A DNA stretch of 64,000 nucleotides from Marsupella aquatica (lineage: Eukaryota > Plantae > Marchantiophyta), in assembly GCA_973895155.1 (NCBI GenBank), contig OZ316896.1, forward strand, positions 19,580,754-19,644,753, in the 5' to 3' direction. The notes below the pieces were generated by a model that was not told the DNA's origin, did no database searches, and saw only the letters and a list, made by a program, of their open reading frames with translations. How positions within the stretch are numbered: the stretch's first letter is position 1; every line of letters starts with the position of its first letter. Positions 32,764 through 44,471 of the stretch are shown one piece after another. The translations under genes and the position numbers were made by a program.

Positions 32764-34425
32764 ATGAGAGAGGGGGACATGGAGAAATTGAGATCCGTCG
32801 TTCGCGACTGTCTCGGGAAGCACTTGTACTCGTCCGCGATCTTCTTCTCCGACAAGCTGGCCACGATGGCGGGCAACACTCCGCAGGATCTGTACATGCA
32901 GGCGCAAGCGCTTTTCCTCGGGAAGGAGTACCGCCGCGCTCTGCACCTGCTGCGGCGATTCCACCTCGTTTCCGCTGATCTGCGATTTAGATACCTGGCT
33001 GCGAAGTGTTTGGCCGAGGTGAAGGATTGGGAGGAATGTATCGTCATGCTGGGAGAAGGCGAGGTCGACGAGGACGGGAATGTGGACATTCTCCCGGACG
33101 ACCAGGCGGTAGACCTGTCCGATAGCAAGGATGTGGACGAGAGGGAAATTCACATCTCTTCCGCAATGTGTCTGCTCCGGGGCAGGGCTTACGAGGCGTT
33201 GGAGAACAGGGCGCGCGCTCTGTGCTGGTACATGGCCGCTCTCAAGGCCGATCCCTTCTGTTTCGAGGCGTTTGAGCACCTCGTGGATAATTACATGCTG
33301 ACGAATGAGCAGGAATCGAAACTCTTGGCTTCTCTCGATTTCGACCCGGAGGATCGATGGCTTTCTTTGCTATATTCCTGCCGAGCTAACAAGTATGGGC
33401 AGGGAATTACCGTAGACTCAAAAATTGTGGAGCTCGAGCAAGAGACCTCTGCCGAGTTTGCCTCCCAAGGGGCAGATGACGAGGTTAAAGTGTTGGGATA
33501 CTCCTTGAAAGATAACACGGATGTCTTGGCTTGTAGAGCGGATTTGGAGTATCACAAGGGAGACTTCCAGCGTTGTTACGAGACAACGAAGGCGCTTTTA
33601 GAAAAGGATCCATACCATTTCTATTCCATGCCATTGCATTTAGGGGCGGCTCTGGAATTAGGTAAGAAGAACGAGCTTTTTTTAAGAGCTCATAGCCTGG
33701 TACAGGAGTATCCGAACAAGGCTGTGGCGTGGTTTGCAGTGGGGTGTTATTATTATTGCATCAGGCAATACGATCATGCCAGAAGGTATTTTTGCAAGGC
33801 CACTGCCACGGAATATACTTTTGCGCCGGCATGGTTGGGGTTTGGGAATGCTTACGCTGCGCAGGACGAGAGTGACCAGGCAATGGCTGCGTACCGGACT
33901 GCTGCTAGGCTCTTTGCAGGATGTCACTTGCCGGCCCTCTGCATAGGAATGGAGTACTTGCGGACCAATAACCTTAATCTAGCTGAGCAATTTTTGCTTC
34001 AGGCGAAAACCATATGTCCGTCTGATCCCCTTGTTTTGAATGAGCTGGGGGTTATGGCGTATAGGAACAAGGAGTACGAGACTGCTGCTAGGTGGTTGCG
34101 GAAGGCTCTGTTGTTGGTTCCTCCACCGCTTACAGATTCGTGGGAGGCCACTGTTGTTAATCTTGCCCACACCTTACGCAAGCTGAAAATGTATACCGAG
34201 GCAATTTCGATGTATGAGAGGGCCTTGGCTTTGTGTCCCAGAGGGGCAAGCACCTATGCGGCGTTGGGGTTTACCCATCACTTACAGGGCAGCACGTCTA
34301 TATCTATTGAATACTATCATAAGGCACTTGCATTGAAACCGGATGATTCGTTTACAGCTGAAATGCTATCTATAGCACTTGCTGATGAATGCCTCCTCCA
34401 GAATGCTTTTCAGAAGCCCCTTTGA
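32764..34425 (+). CDS. APC6: Anaphase-promoting complex subunit 6 (CDC16), TPR protein, intronless
   Basis: MREGDMEKLRSVVRDCLGKHLYSSAIFFSDK matches the plant APC6 N-terminus. Also AWFAVGCYY, APAWLGFGNAYAAQDESDQAMAAYRTAARLFAGCHLP, DPLVLNELGV. The frame stays open to an upstream ATG at 32494. Confidence 0.95.
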   Translation: MREGDMEKLRSVVRDCLGKHLYSSAIFFSDKLATMAGNTPQDLYMQAQALFLGKEYRRALHLLRRFHLVSADLRFRYLAAKCLAEVKDWEECIVMLGEGEVDEDGNVDILPDDQAVDLSDSKDVDEREIHISSAMCLLRGRAYEALENRARALCWYMAALKADPFCFEAFEHLVDNYMLTNEQESKLLASLDFDPEDRWLSLLYSCRANKYGQGITVDSKIVELEQETSAEFASQGADDEVKVLGYSLKDNTDVLACRADLEYHKGDFQRCYETTKALLEKDPYHFYSMPLHLGAALELGKKNELFLRAHSLVQEYPNKAVAWFAVGCYYYCIRQYDHARRYFCKATATEYTFAPAWLGFGNAYAAQDESDQAMAAYRTAARLFAGCHLPALCIGMEYLRTNNLNLAEQFLLQAKTICPSDPLVLNELGVMAYRNKEYETAARWLRKALLLVPPPLTDSWEATVVNLAHTLRKLKMYTEAISMYERALALCPRGASTYAALGFTHHLQGSTSISIEYYHKALALKPDDSFTAEMLSIALADECLLQNAFQKPL

Positions 34426-37373
34426 CTTATCTGATATCTTTGAAGTTATCAGGCCATTTCTCGCCTCTCGCCTCCCCCCAGTTCGCTGTCCGCTATCTGG
34501 GGCCGTCCGAACGAGATGTTCTTGTCGCAGGGCTTAGGGTACAAGACGAGCAGCTAAGAGGATCTATTGCAGCTTTGCCTTACCCTCCACAACGTAGCCA
34601 GCAGTACAATGTGGGCGCCTATGTAGCAAGTGGACATCTTAAGGTCAACTCTAGCAGTCGAGGGTTGGATTCAATTTTCTAGTGTTTCTATCTGGCACCA
34701 AGGTTTTCATCATTTCCGGAGCGACGAAGCAGATCATTGTACACCACAGGGATTGAAGTCCACTGGAAATGGGACCACTCAATTATGTGTCCAATGGTTC
34801 AAATTGCCTGGACCCTTAGTTGTTGATGAGGTGGTGTCGAAGCGGAAGGTGAAGGCTAATGGAAGCACAGCCTTCTGCATCTTGGGAAATATGACAGGTA
34901 AAGTCCCCCATTTGAGCTCGCGTATCAGGTCTCTTTGGAGTCTATGCATTCCATTGGTGACGGACCCCAGTGCAATGGATGGGAAGGATTTTGTGTTTCT
35001 AGCTAGCCTCGGCATTATAAGGCTGGCAATTCTCTTTTGCCGAGTTTCATAGAGTAATTCTGGGATCGCTGACCATTGACATCCTGCTTGCAGGTCCCAC
35101 TTGGGAGGTGGAAGCTACACTGTGGCAGTTTCCAGGGAGCACCAGTCATTACATTGTTCTATTCTGAAAGGTCAGGACCTCATTAGGAAAGCCTTATTCA
35201 TAGGTGGGAGAACGGCTGAAATGAGCCCTCTGCACTATTTCGCCAGTCAATGCATGCCGCATTCTTTCATCTTCTTCCTCATAGCTATATTTTAGGCTCC
35301 CGTTTAAACCTCCATCCTGTATAAACTTCAAGTATACTGTATGGACTCGAGGCCCAGCTTTCCCCTTTTCCGGGTAGAAACCAACCTTGGACTGTCAAGA
35401 GTGAGCTGTTCCGTAGTCTGGTTGCGCAGTATGGCAGCCATGAAGGTAGATTATAAGACTTTCAGTATTATGATAAATGGACCTGTAACGAGTTTGGAGT
35501 CCTCGGGGGCCCCTCTCTGGGCCGAAGACTAACCGAGGAAGTGAAGACACAGTGAAGTTTGTTGATCGTCTCTTTTTGATCTGTGGCACTTATGAAGCAA
35601 ACAGCTATCAATATGTCAGTACTTACGTATAGATACAATCTGTGGTTTTACTCTCTTCTGATTAGTGCAAGCAACCGTATACACATGTGATAATTTCTAG
35701 GACCCTTGTTGAACTCAAAATAGTCGTTGATTATCCAACTCGATGGAGAGGCACTTTTCGGTTGGCTTTCTTGCACAGGTGGGCGAATGCATCGAACTTA
35801 GGGGAGCTCCTGACGCTGGGATGAAGCAAGGGTAAGAGCCTGAATCTGTCCATAGTATCTTTGACTAGGATCATGGCAAATGGCAAGCGTGACCACGCAG
35901 ATTGAATCAAAGATGGAACCTCGAGAATGGAGACATTTGGCATCAGTGCTGAAAGACGCTAGCAGTTTTGGATTTTGTCCAGAACCAGGTTTTTTGCTTG
36001 GACTGGACAATCGCCCGTCTACAATGGGGAGCATGCAACGGGCGATTTCCTGTGTCTTCCACCTCTGAGGACACACTTCACTTCTTTTCTTCTCACCACC
36101 TGTCCAACGAGAGTAGGTAGCTTGGGATTTTGAGACAGCTATCTGAACAGCACCCCAAAGGGCAACTGATCCTGATCAAGGCCAGCAACGCTTATGGCAG
36201 ATGCTGTGATGAGTCTGGCGGACGAAAGGCGGAATTCACGGCGGAGATGGCACACTTCTAAACGTCAGGGTTAGTTACGAGGAAGAAGAAGGCTTCAAGT
36301 TGCCTATTGGTGATGGTGGTCAGTTACATATGTATGACACACTAGGGCCCACAGAAGTAGCGCCACCCCGTTGGTTGCAGGATTCAAAGTTTTGTGGGGT
36401 TTAGTTGTCAAAACTAAGTTTCTCCTCCGTAAGACTTCATCTCGACACGACTGTAATCAGTTCTTCTCTCCTGAAACCAAACAGAGAGGCTTGACCTTCG
36501 AATCGAGAGGATTAGGATCTGCTGGAAACCTATTACATATGAAAATGAATTTGTCTTGACCAGCTAAATCCCGTAAAACTATCGCCCACACCATGGAAAC
36601 AGCTGTGGTTTGTTTTGCGCGATTTCATTTTGTGGGATTTAGTTGTCAAAACTAATTCCATCTCCTCCAAAAGAGTTTAGGGGTTTACACAGCTGGAATT
36701 CAATCCTGTTGTCCTCTGAAATTGGAACCACTCCAGACCAGGCTTGACCTTTCAATCAAGAGAATGGGGATCAGCTTGACCTTGTGAAGAAGACCTTACT
36801 TCACCTCCATACTGACTAGAGCTCAATTGCTGTAGTCCTACTTACTTTAAACCGCTCCAGAAGAGTCTTGACATTACTAACGACCACCGGGCTTGGCTCT
36901 GCTTTCTGAAGTAGCCATAGATCCTGGAGTAGTTTGACAACGCTGCCCTGTTCTATTCTAGAGAAGCAGGTATGCGTCTACAAAATCATTCGGGAAATGG
37001 GTCAGAGGCAGAAGCTGCTGACAACCACCAGGGGCTGGCGAGGAAACTCTCCCCTGGTCCGTGGCACTAGATTTTGACAAGATTGTCGGGAAGTCTGTCC
37101 TGCGGCATAAAGGCTGTTCGATCACCGAAGAAGCGTTCATCCTTTTTCTAGACACGGAGTGGTTTCAAGCAAGTTGGCCCGAATGATGCGAGAAAGTATT
37201 TTAGGACAGAGGACAGAGCCCGAAAGCAAGAATGATTCTCTCACCTGCAACGAGCTGAGGGCAAATGAACGAGAACTGTGAACCCGAGAGACTGCGATGT
37301 ACGTATTAGAAGCTTTGTTGATCCCGTCGACGAGTGACCATCCTGAATGCTACTATCCTGTATGAGAGGCCTG

Positions 37374-37447
37374 GATACAAAGCCAGACCGAGCATGAACG
37401 ATTTTTGTTTTCTCCATACGTCGTTCATGCCCGGTTTGCTTTGGATC
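37374..37447. ncRNA. Candidate pre-miRNA hairpin, copy 1
   Basis: Arm GATACAAAGCCAGACCGAGCATGAACGAT pairs with GTCGTTCATGCCCGGTTTGCTTTGGATC: about 28-bp imperfect stem, short loop. Strand unresolved; surrounding splice signals favour minus. Confidence 0.55.
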
Positions 37448-38092
37448 GCTTGTCCAAACATTTCAAAGCCAACTCGCCGTCCTCAAATTTGACTCCCTCC
37501 CATGGCCAGTGGGGAGAACGTCGGTCTCGTCAGAACTGAGTCGATCTGTCATTGTAAGTCTCCATTCCCTACGTGTGGACTGGCAACATCAAAGAGACTA
37601 ATTGAAACCGAGTAAGTCTCTTACTATCGTCCAAAGCGGAAAATGCACATTCACTCAAGATTGCACAAAGTTGCAAAGCTTTCATATCGCATGGATGGAG
37701 GCAGGCCAACCACGACAAAAGGCAATAGAGAGGGTGTAAGCATCAGCATATCAAGGAAGGACGGGGACTGGGACAAATTGGAATAATGGACTAGAAAGAG
37801 GCCCTCGTACCGTAGATCTTACTCACCCCGGTGACAAGGCACGAGGATGGTAGCGATGCTAATTGCTACTTTAGCTGACACAACACTTGGAACATAGAAA
37901 TTGCCATCATCGTCTGTATGAAATGGATCCTGATCTACATTCCCTAAAGCAAGAATGATTCTCTCACCTGCAAAGAGCTGAGCGCAAATGAGAACTGTGA
38001 ACCCGAGAGACTGAGATGTACGTATTAGAAGCTTTGTTGATCCCGTCAATGAGTGACCATCCTGAATCCTACTATTCTATGTGAGAGGCCTG

Positions 38093-38166
38093 GATACAAA
38101 GCCAGACCGAGCATGAACGATTTTTGTTTACTCCATACGTCGTTCATGCCCGGTTTGCTTTGGATC
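38093..38166. ncRNA. Candidate pre-miRNA hairpin, copy 2
   Basis: Arms identical to copy 1; one substitution in the loop. Confidence 0.55.
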
Positions 38167-41100
38167 GCTTGTCCAAACATTTCACAGCCAACTCGACTCC
38201 TCAAAACTTGTCTCCCTCCCATGGCCAGTGGGGAGAACGTCGGTCTCGTTGAGAACTGAGTCGATTTGTCATTTTAAGTCTCCATTCCCTGTGTGGACTG
38301 GCAACATCCAAGAGACTAATTGAAACCGACTAAGTCTCAAGCCGGCTCCTGGATCGATTCAATCCTTGTGAATCTCCATCCTAGTGGCGTTGTTTGAAGC
38401 CTGTCCCCCACCTCTGAGAAAGGCCATTAATATTGGACGCTTTGCCCGCTCGTCAAAGCTTCACACATGACACTCCATGATCATCGCTCCCAACCTCCAC
38501 ACGTCACAGCTATGAGTGGCTGGTGGCACACGAGTTCCTACTTTCTAGTCTTCTAGAAGAATCTCGCCGAAGAAGAAGTCGCCAACACATTTTCAAGGAT
38601 GTCGGTCAATGTCGTACTCGGGTGCCCAAGATCACTATACTTGAGAAGCGGATGATGACTCATGGAATTTCATGGTAGAAAATGATTATTTCAGTGCCGT
38701 GCTGATAGGAAAGACCTATCAAGGACAGAGCTCGCCCGCGCTACCCTACGTTGAGTGAGAGCTCCTCGTGTGGGTAGCCTGCGTTCTACGGAGGTAAGAC
38801 CCACGAAGGCGAGTTGTCTTCGAAGCCCGGTCTGCTGTAGCTAACTTGGAGCTGGCATATTTTTCATAGAATTTGATTGATTCGCGAGTACTTAATGTCA
38901 CATCCTGCCCGGGAAGATTCTTTTATGTTACAGAGGAACAACGGAAGTCGACCACATATTTCATCTAGAATTGTGATGCCTCCACAGTCCAGCGTTTCTC
39001 GAAAGGAAATCAATTAGGAAGACCAGAGCTCGTCACCGTTCGAGCTCCCTACAGTAGTTCTCTCAGGCAATACCGGCTCGGTGCCGATTTAACAGCTTGA
39101 TTGTCGAATAAACTGGAACACTCAATTTCGAATCACTGCAATCGTTGCAATTATTCCTTTGCGATTGTTCAGCCCAGATCTTTACAGGTAGCTAGCTAAA
39201 TAATATTTTGATGTACAACCAACTCCACTATCAAAGAAAAGCAGCAATCGATGTTGGCAGTCTCGTCCTGTCGTGTTGAAGAACAGCTCAGGCTCAGCTA
39301 CTCTGTCGTCTACAGGTCACAATTAATTCAATGAGATGTGATGCCTTTGCTGCTACCCACCTACCAATTTCCCTACTGCGAAATGGCGAGGACGGTGAAT
39401 CGCGTAAGTGAGGGGAGGTTAGAAGAATCCACTGACTTATAGGAGGAGCGTCGCTGAGCATCTCACGAGGCTATGGGCTCTTAGAACCTACCGAAATTCT
39501 ACTCGGGATTCTACAGATTGCGAGTAAAACCGTCAAAAAATCATCGTGACCAACCGATAGTAGTTTGGAAATCTCCACTGTCTTGCTCAGCATTGTATAC
39601 ACGACACTATAGTATCCAGATCCAAGGCGAGTCATCCCAGCCAAGTGGCGACATCCCACCGAAGATCACACAATTGGTTTTGCGGAGAATTCTGCAAAAT
39701 GGAATTCTGACTAACACCGTGAGCTTTTGAAACCTTCGTGAACATCGGTACAGTGAAAAAGATAAGACACGATTCTCTCCAATTTGCAACTTGAGAGCAC
39801 AGTGAGTCAGATTTTTTTTGTTAAGTACGCTCTTGGTGGTTTGGCAAACACATTCAACTTCATGTGGATTATACAGACTAAAATCTCGAAAGTATGAAAA
39901 ACTAACATACTGTCAGAAGAATTGATCTTCTAGTCCAAGGGAGAAAGGAACGAGGAAAAAAGAAACGAGGAAAAAAGCTTCCAGAGTGTGTTATCATAAA
40001 ACTACGACACTGCCAATAAGATGGCAACCAACGTTGACGTGGTTTGGCAAACACATTCAGCTTCATGTGGATGATACAAACTAAAATCTGGAAACTATGA
40101 AAGACTTAACACACTGTCAGAAAAATTGATGTTCTAGTCCAAGTGAGAAATTATTGCCTCAGCAACGAGGAAAAAAGTTTCCAGAGGTGCTCTGTTATCA
40201 TAATACTACTCCTGTGCCAAGAAGACTGCAACCCAGCATTGAATTCGGAGGCCCATAGCCACAACCCAAGTTGGCAGGCAGGATTGTGGGCCGGAGCGTG
40301 CTATAGATTCGTCTCTATGAAGGTAGTTGAAAAGATCCAAAGACCTTTTGACCCTCACTGCCAAGACTACCTTCCACAGAAGCTCGAGCTGAGTAATCAG
40401 CTTGGTGGGTGGTGGTTCATGTCAGGAGGATTCGATTCTACCCAGCTTTGGTATACAGCACATTGCCTGATCCCACATCCTCCCACAGCACACAGTCGGA
40501 CGCCAGCCGCTAAGTGGAACGCGAAAAGGCAAATAATTGTCCCTGGAGTGTGGTAATGTCTGTGCAGCGTACAATTGTACACTTCCTTTCTCGCCAACCA
40601 TGCAGCGTTCTTTTTTACGTTCAACAGTCATCTCTATATCAACATCAAGTAAAATGTGTAAATAATAGTGCCTCTCAAAGCTTTAAAATTATCGATGAGG
40701 GCTACGATCCATTAAAGAATGGTCATAACTTTAGGGCAAGGTTAGGTAAGAGTTTTGTTTTCACTAGTCTCTAGGGTGATTAATAATAATGACATACTAC
40801 CAATCCCCACATCTCTTGGACTTAAGAGTACCCCAAGATTCCATCTGGATTGATTTAAGAGGCCCTGTGATTGCCCATGCCCGATTCCTGTCAAGGCCTG
40901 CTCAGTAAAACACGCACTAACTTGTAGAGTGAGTGACTGTCAAGGCCTGCTCAGTAAAACACGCACTAACTTGTAGAGTGAGTGACTGTTCACAGTTGGG
41001 CACGCGCAGTAGACTCTAAGTAAGACTTTAGTGGAAGTGAACGTGAAAGGCATCTGGGAGGGAGAATCGAGAGCGCCAGTTTTTGTGAGCCAAAGGAGGA

Positions 41101-41294
41101 GTTTGGACAGTGTTTTCCTTCTGTACATTGCACAACGTTGTGGACGCAGTGTTGCATTCTGGAGGGCAGGTTTGATTGGATTGCCTCAGTGACATCTTTC
41201 TAATCAACTTAATATGGTCAAATTTCATTGAGAATTGAGAGACCTAAGAATTTCCGAAGATGAGTGCCCAGTTTTCTTTATACAATAGTTCAGT

Positions 41295-42420
41295 ACCCGT
41301 GCATTGCACAAAAGATGCCGTATCTGCCAAGATATGGTTGAGAAAACAAATGTCGTGTTGGCCAAGAGGTCGTTGAGAAAAAAAATGTTATGTCGGCCAA
41401 GATTTGGTTGAGAAAAAAGATGTAGTGTCGGCCAAGAGGTAGTTGAGAAAAAAGATGTTGTGTTGGCCAAGAGGTAGTTGAGAAAAAAGATATTGTGTCG
41501 GCCAAGAGGGCGTTGAGAAAAAAGATGTTGTGCCGGCCAAGATGTCGCTGAGAAAAAAATGTCGTGTCTGCCAGGAAGTCGTTGAGAAAAGGATGTTGTG
41601 TCGGCCAAGATGTCCTTGAGGAAAAAGATGTTGTGTCGGCCAAGATGTAGTTGATGTCGTTTAAAAAAAGTCGAGTTGCCAAAGATGTCATGAAGTAAAA
41701 AGATTTTGTGTCGCCAAAGATGACGCAAAGTAAAAAGATGACGTTAAAAAAAAGGCGTGGAGTAAAAAGATGCTGTAAGTTCAGAAAAAAAGAAGTTGTG
41801 TCTCCAAAGATGTCATGGAGTAAAAAGATATTGTCAAGTAAGTAGATGTAGTTATGTGAAAGATATTGCCAAGTAAAAAATGTCGGGACGCCAAAGATGT
41901 TGTTATGTCAAAGATATCATCAAGTAAAAAGAAACTGTGTTGCCAAAGTTGTTGTGAAGTAAAACATATGTCGTCAAGTAAAAAGTTGTTGTGATGCCAA
42001 TAATGTCGTTACGTCCAAGATCGGTGTGGTCAAATAAAAAGATGTTATAATGTCAAAGATGTTGTCAAATAAAATTATGCCGTAACTCCACAGCTCTCAT
42101 CAAGTAAAAAATTTCATTAGTCATAGATGTTGTGAAGTAAAACATGTCACTCCATTGAATATCGTTAAGGAAAAGATGTTCAAAAGATGTCATTAAGTAA
42201 AAAATATCATTGCCCAAAATATGTCTAAGTAATAAAAGATATAATTGGCAAAAGATGTCAAAGCATAATGAATGCCATTATATTAAAGATGTTATTAAGA
42301 AACATATCATGGCACAAAATATATAATTGAGTAAAAAGATTTTTGGGTTAAAAATATCTCATTGCCCAAAAAATGTTATCTTGTAAAAGATGTCATGGGG
42401 TAAAAAATGAGTGACAATAA
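41295..42420. repeat. Degenerate ~30-bp satellite (GTTGAGAAAAAAAGATGTTGTGTCGGCCAAGA), probably part of a dispersed non-autonomous element
   Basis: Regular 29-30-bp units to ~41650, then decaying. Related sequence in opposite orientation at ~1120-1385 and ~60840-60945, sharing an end motif close to GTGCATTGCACAAAA. Confidence 0.8.
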
Positions 42421-44154
42421 CCACAAAGTATCACCAGTTAAAAATTATTTTTTCTTTGTATTTTTCATTTTTTGATTCCTTGTAAACCTTTAACTGCCCC
42501 CACCCCACCTCTTTACCCGCTTTTGTACTATTTTTTGGTTCTTTTACAGTATGTAATATTTGTAATCAATTGAACTCTTCTTATGACATAGATTATCATA
42601 GGGTATAGTATTATATGTAGATGGTCTATGAAGTACTATACTTAAATATTTATAAAGTACTTGATTATTGTGCATTACCATTCTTTGACATTCTCCTTTA
42701 TTTATTGCTTGGAAAACGTGTCTTCACTTCACACTAAATATAATATAATTTTGGTTTATTCCTTCTCTTGGTCAGATTCTTTAATTTTTGTGCAATTCAA
42801 ATGATGACCACGCCATAAAAAGGCGCAACTGTTTCTTATAGAAGTTAATTTTACTCATGGTCCTCCAGGTTGCCAGAGTCTATTTGAGCTTTTTGGCAAA
42901 CATGAACGTCCATTTGGGCTTTCAATTGCTGGAATTGAAGATAGAGGCTTTGGCAAACATGGACGTCCATTTGGGCCTTCAATTGCTGGGATTGAAGATG
43001 TATTCCAACAGGCATGGCAGGCTTTTAATCTACTTTACGCTTCTGCTGTCGTCCCCAGGTCATAAATGGTTTGACCTACCGTTTATTAGGCGACCTTCAT
43101 TTCGACTCTATAGTCCTCTCAAGTCGTAAAAGGTTGACCCCTTTTCTCTTTTTTGCTTTTCTTTTTTCTCGTCTCTCTTACTGCACCGTACCCTTTCTTG
43201 CTTTCAAGTTGTTTCTGGTCACCAATAATTCGCTAAGTAACCGGCTATACTACTACTGTCGATACGGCCATAAGCAGCCTGGCAAGTGCGATGCCAGTAC
43301 CATCATACTTGAATCAGATGCTACCACTCCTGTGTACGAGCGAGGTTGGTTTGTGATAGCCATAAACTATATATGCCCGTAAGCCACCACTAGCCACGAC
43401 AAAAAATCATCACTAGGCATGATACAACCTGAATCCACCCCGCTCCCCACTAAAAGTCACTTTTTCTTGAAATGGTGATTGGAATTAACGTGGAAGTTTG
43501 TCTCAGTAACCAGTTATTTTTCCTAACAACCATAAAAAACCAAACTGTTCTAGGAAAGGTCAGTTTAGGGATAACCCCCCCCCCCCCCCCCCCCCCCCCC
43601 TCTTAATTCGCCACTCCTACTACCCGGAAAAAGGAAAACTAAAGACCCATTTCCTCCCCATTATGTCCTTTCTCACCTCACTCCCATCCACAACCCCCTT
43701 GTTAAAAAAGGAGATGCACCCAATTTACTCTCCCCTCTTTATATACAATACCATCTCTTCTGCCCTTTAAAATTTCCCCGCTCTGCCTTACCAAATTGAC
43801 AAAAGTAAAAATTGAAAGGAACGTAATTTGAGGGGTTTATCCTCCAGCTCGTAGACTGAGCCTGAGGTTTCCCATACAGCAAAACACCAAAGATATGCCC
43901 AAATCTAATTATCCTCACCCCCACCACAAAAAAACCCATGCAACAACTTAAGATAACCCTCTCCTACTTTCTCTCCTCCCTCTATGTCTTATACCTCTGT
44001 GCCTGTCCTTTCTTTTCCTGTGCAGTCATTGTTTCCTCCCTAAAGCGTACAACACTCTTTTCCAGGCAGGACATACTATTTAAGTGTACCTGAAAATTTT
44101 ACTCTCATAAAGATGCAACATCTGAACATGCAAAGATTAATTTTGCACTCAACT

Positions 44155-44471
44155 TTTTTTTTTTGGCTTTGAATACCAAAAGCTGACCCATCTAATAGAG
44201 TATAGACGATCAACTCTGGAGCATGCATCTCTGTAGAGTAGCCCACAAGGGGGGTCATACCCAGTACCAAGAGGGAGAGAGACTTGGACCAGAGCCCCAA
44301 AGCGGACTAGCCAGTGGCTGAAGAGAAACCAGGACTCACTCCCACCACTACACCCCACCCACACACACACTCACCCTCCACAACCCTTGCATGTGGAGGG
44401 GGGGATTGAACCTGGGACCTCAGTCTGGGTTCTACGCTCATGCCCTGGCCAACTGACCATTGCCAGTTAGT
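44155..44471 (-). mobile_element. tRNA-derived SINE, full length, with poly(A) tail and 14-bp TSD
   Basis: Minus-strand head has A-box TGGTCAGTTGG and B-box GGTTCAATCCC. 3' poly(A) shows as the T run at ~44154-44164. Direct repeat TTTTGCACTCAACT at 44141-44154 and 44472-44485. Confidence 0.88.

Larger units (their letters stand above)
37223..38338. repeat. Direct duplication of about 395 bp (37223-37620 and 37946-38338)
   Basis: Two aligned copies about 720 bp apart with scattered substitutions and small indels. Confidence 0.92.

Noticed and set aside
32371-33518. Antisense ORFs over APC6 (similar ones over the transposase, OPT and the 18.4-kb gene)
   Set aside because: Shadow ORFs of real coding strands.
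41225-41728. ORFs of 167 and 133 aa, and similar ORFs at 31643-32339 and 26358-26808
   Set aside because: Translations of tandem repeats.
44395-44470. tRNA gene
   Set aside because: A and B boxes are present but there is no convincing cloverleaf; it is the head of a SINE with poly(A) and TSD.
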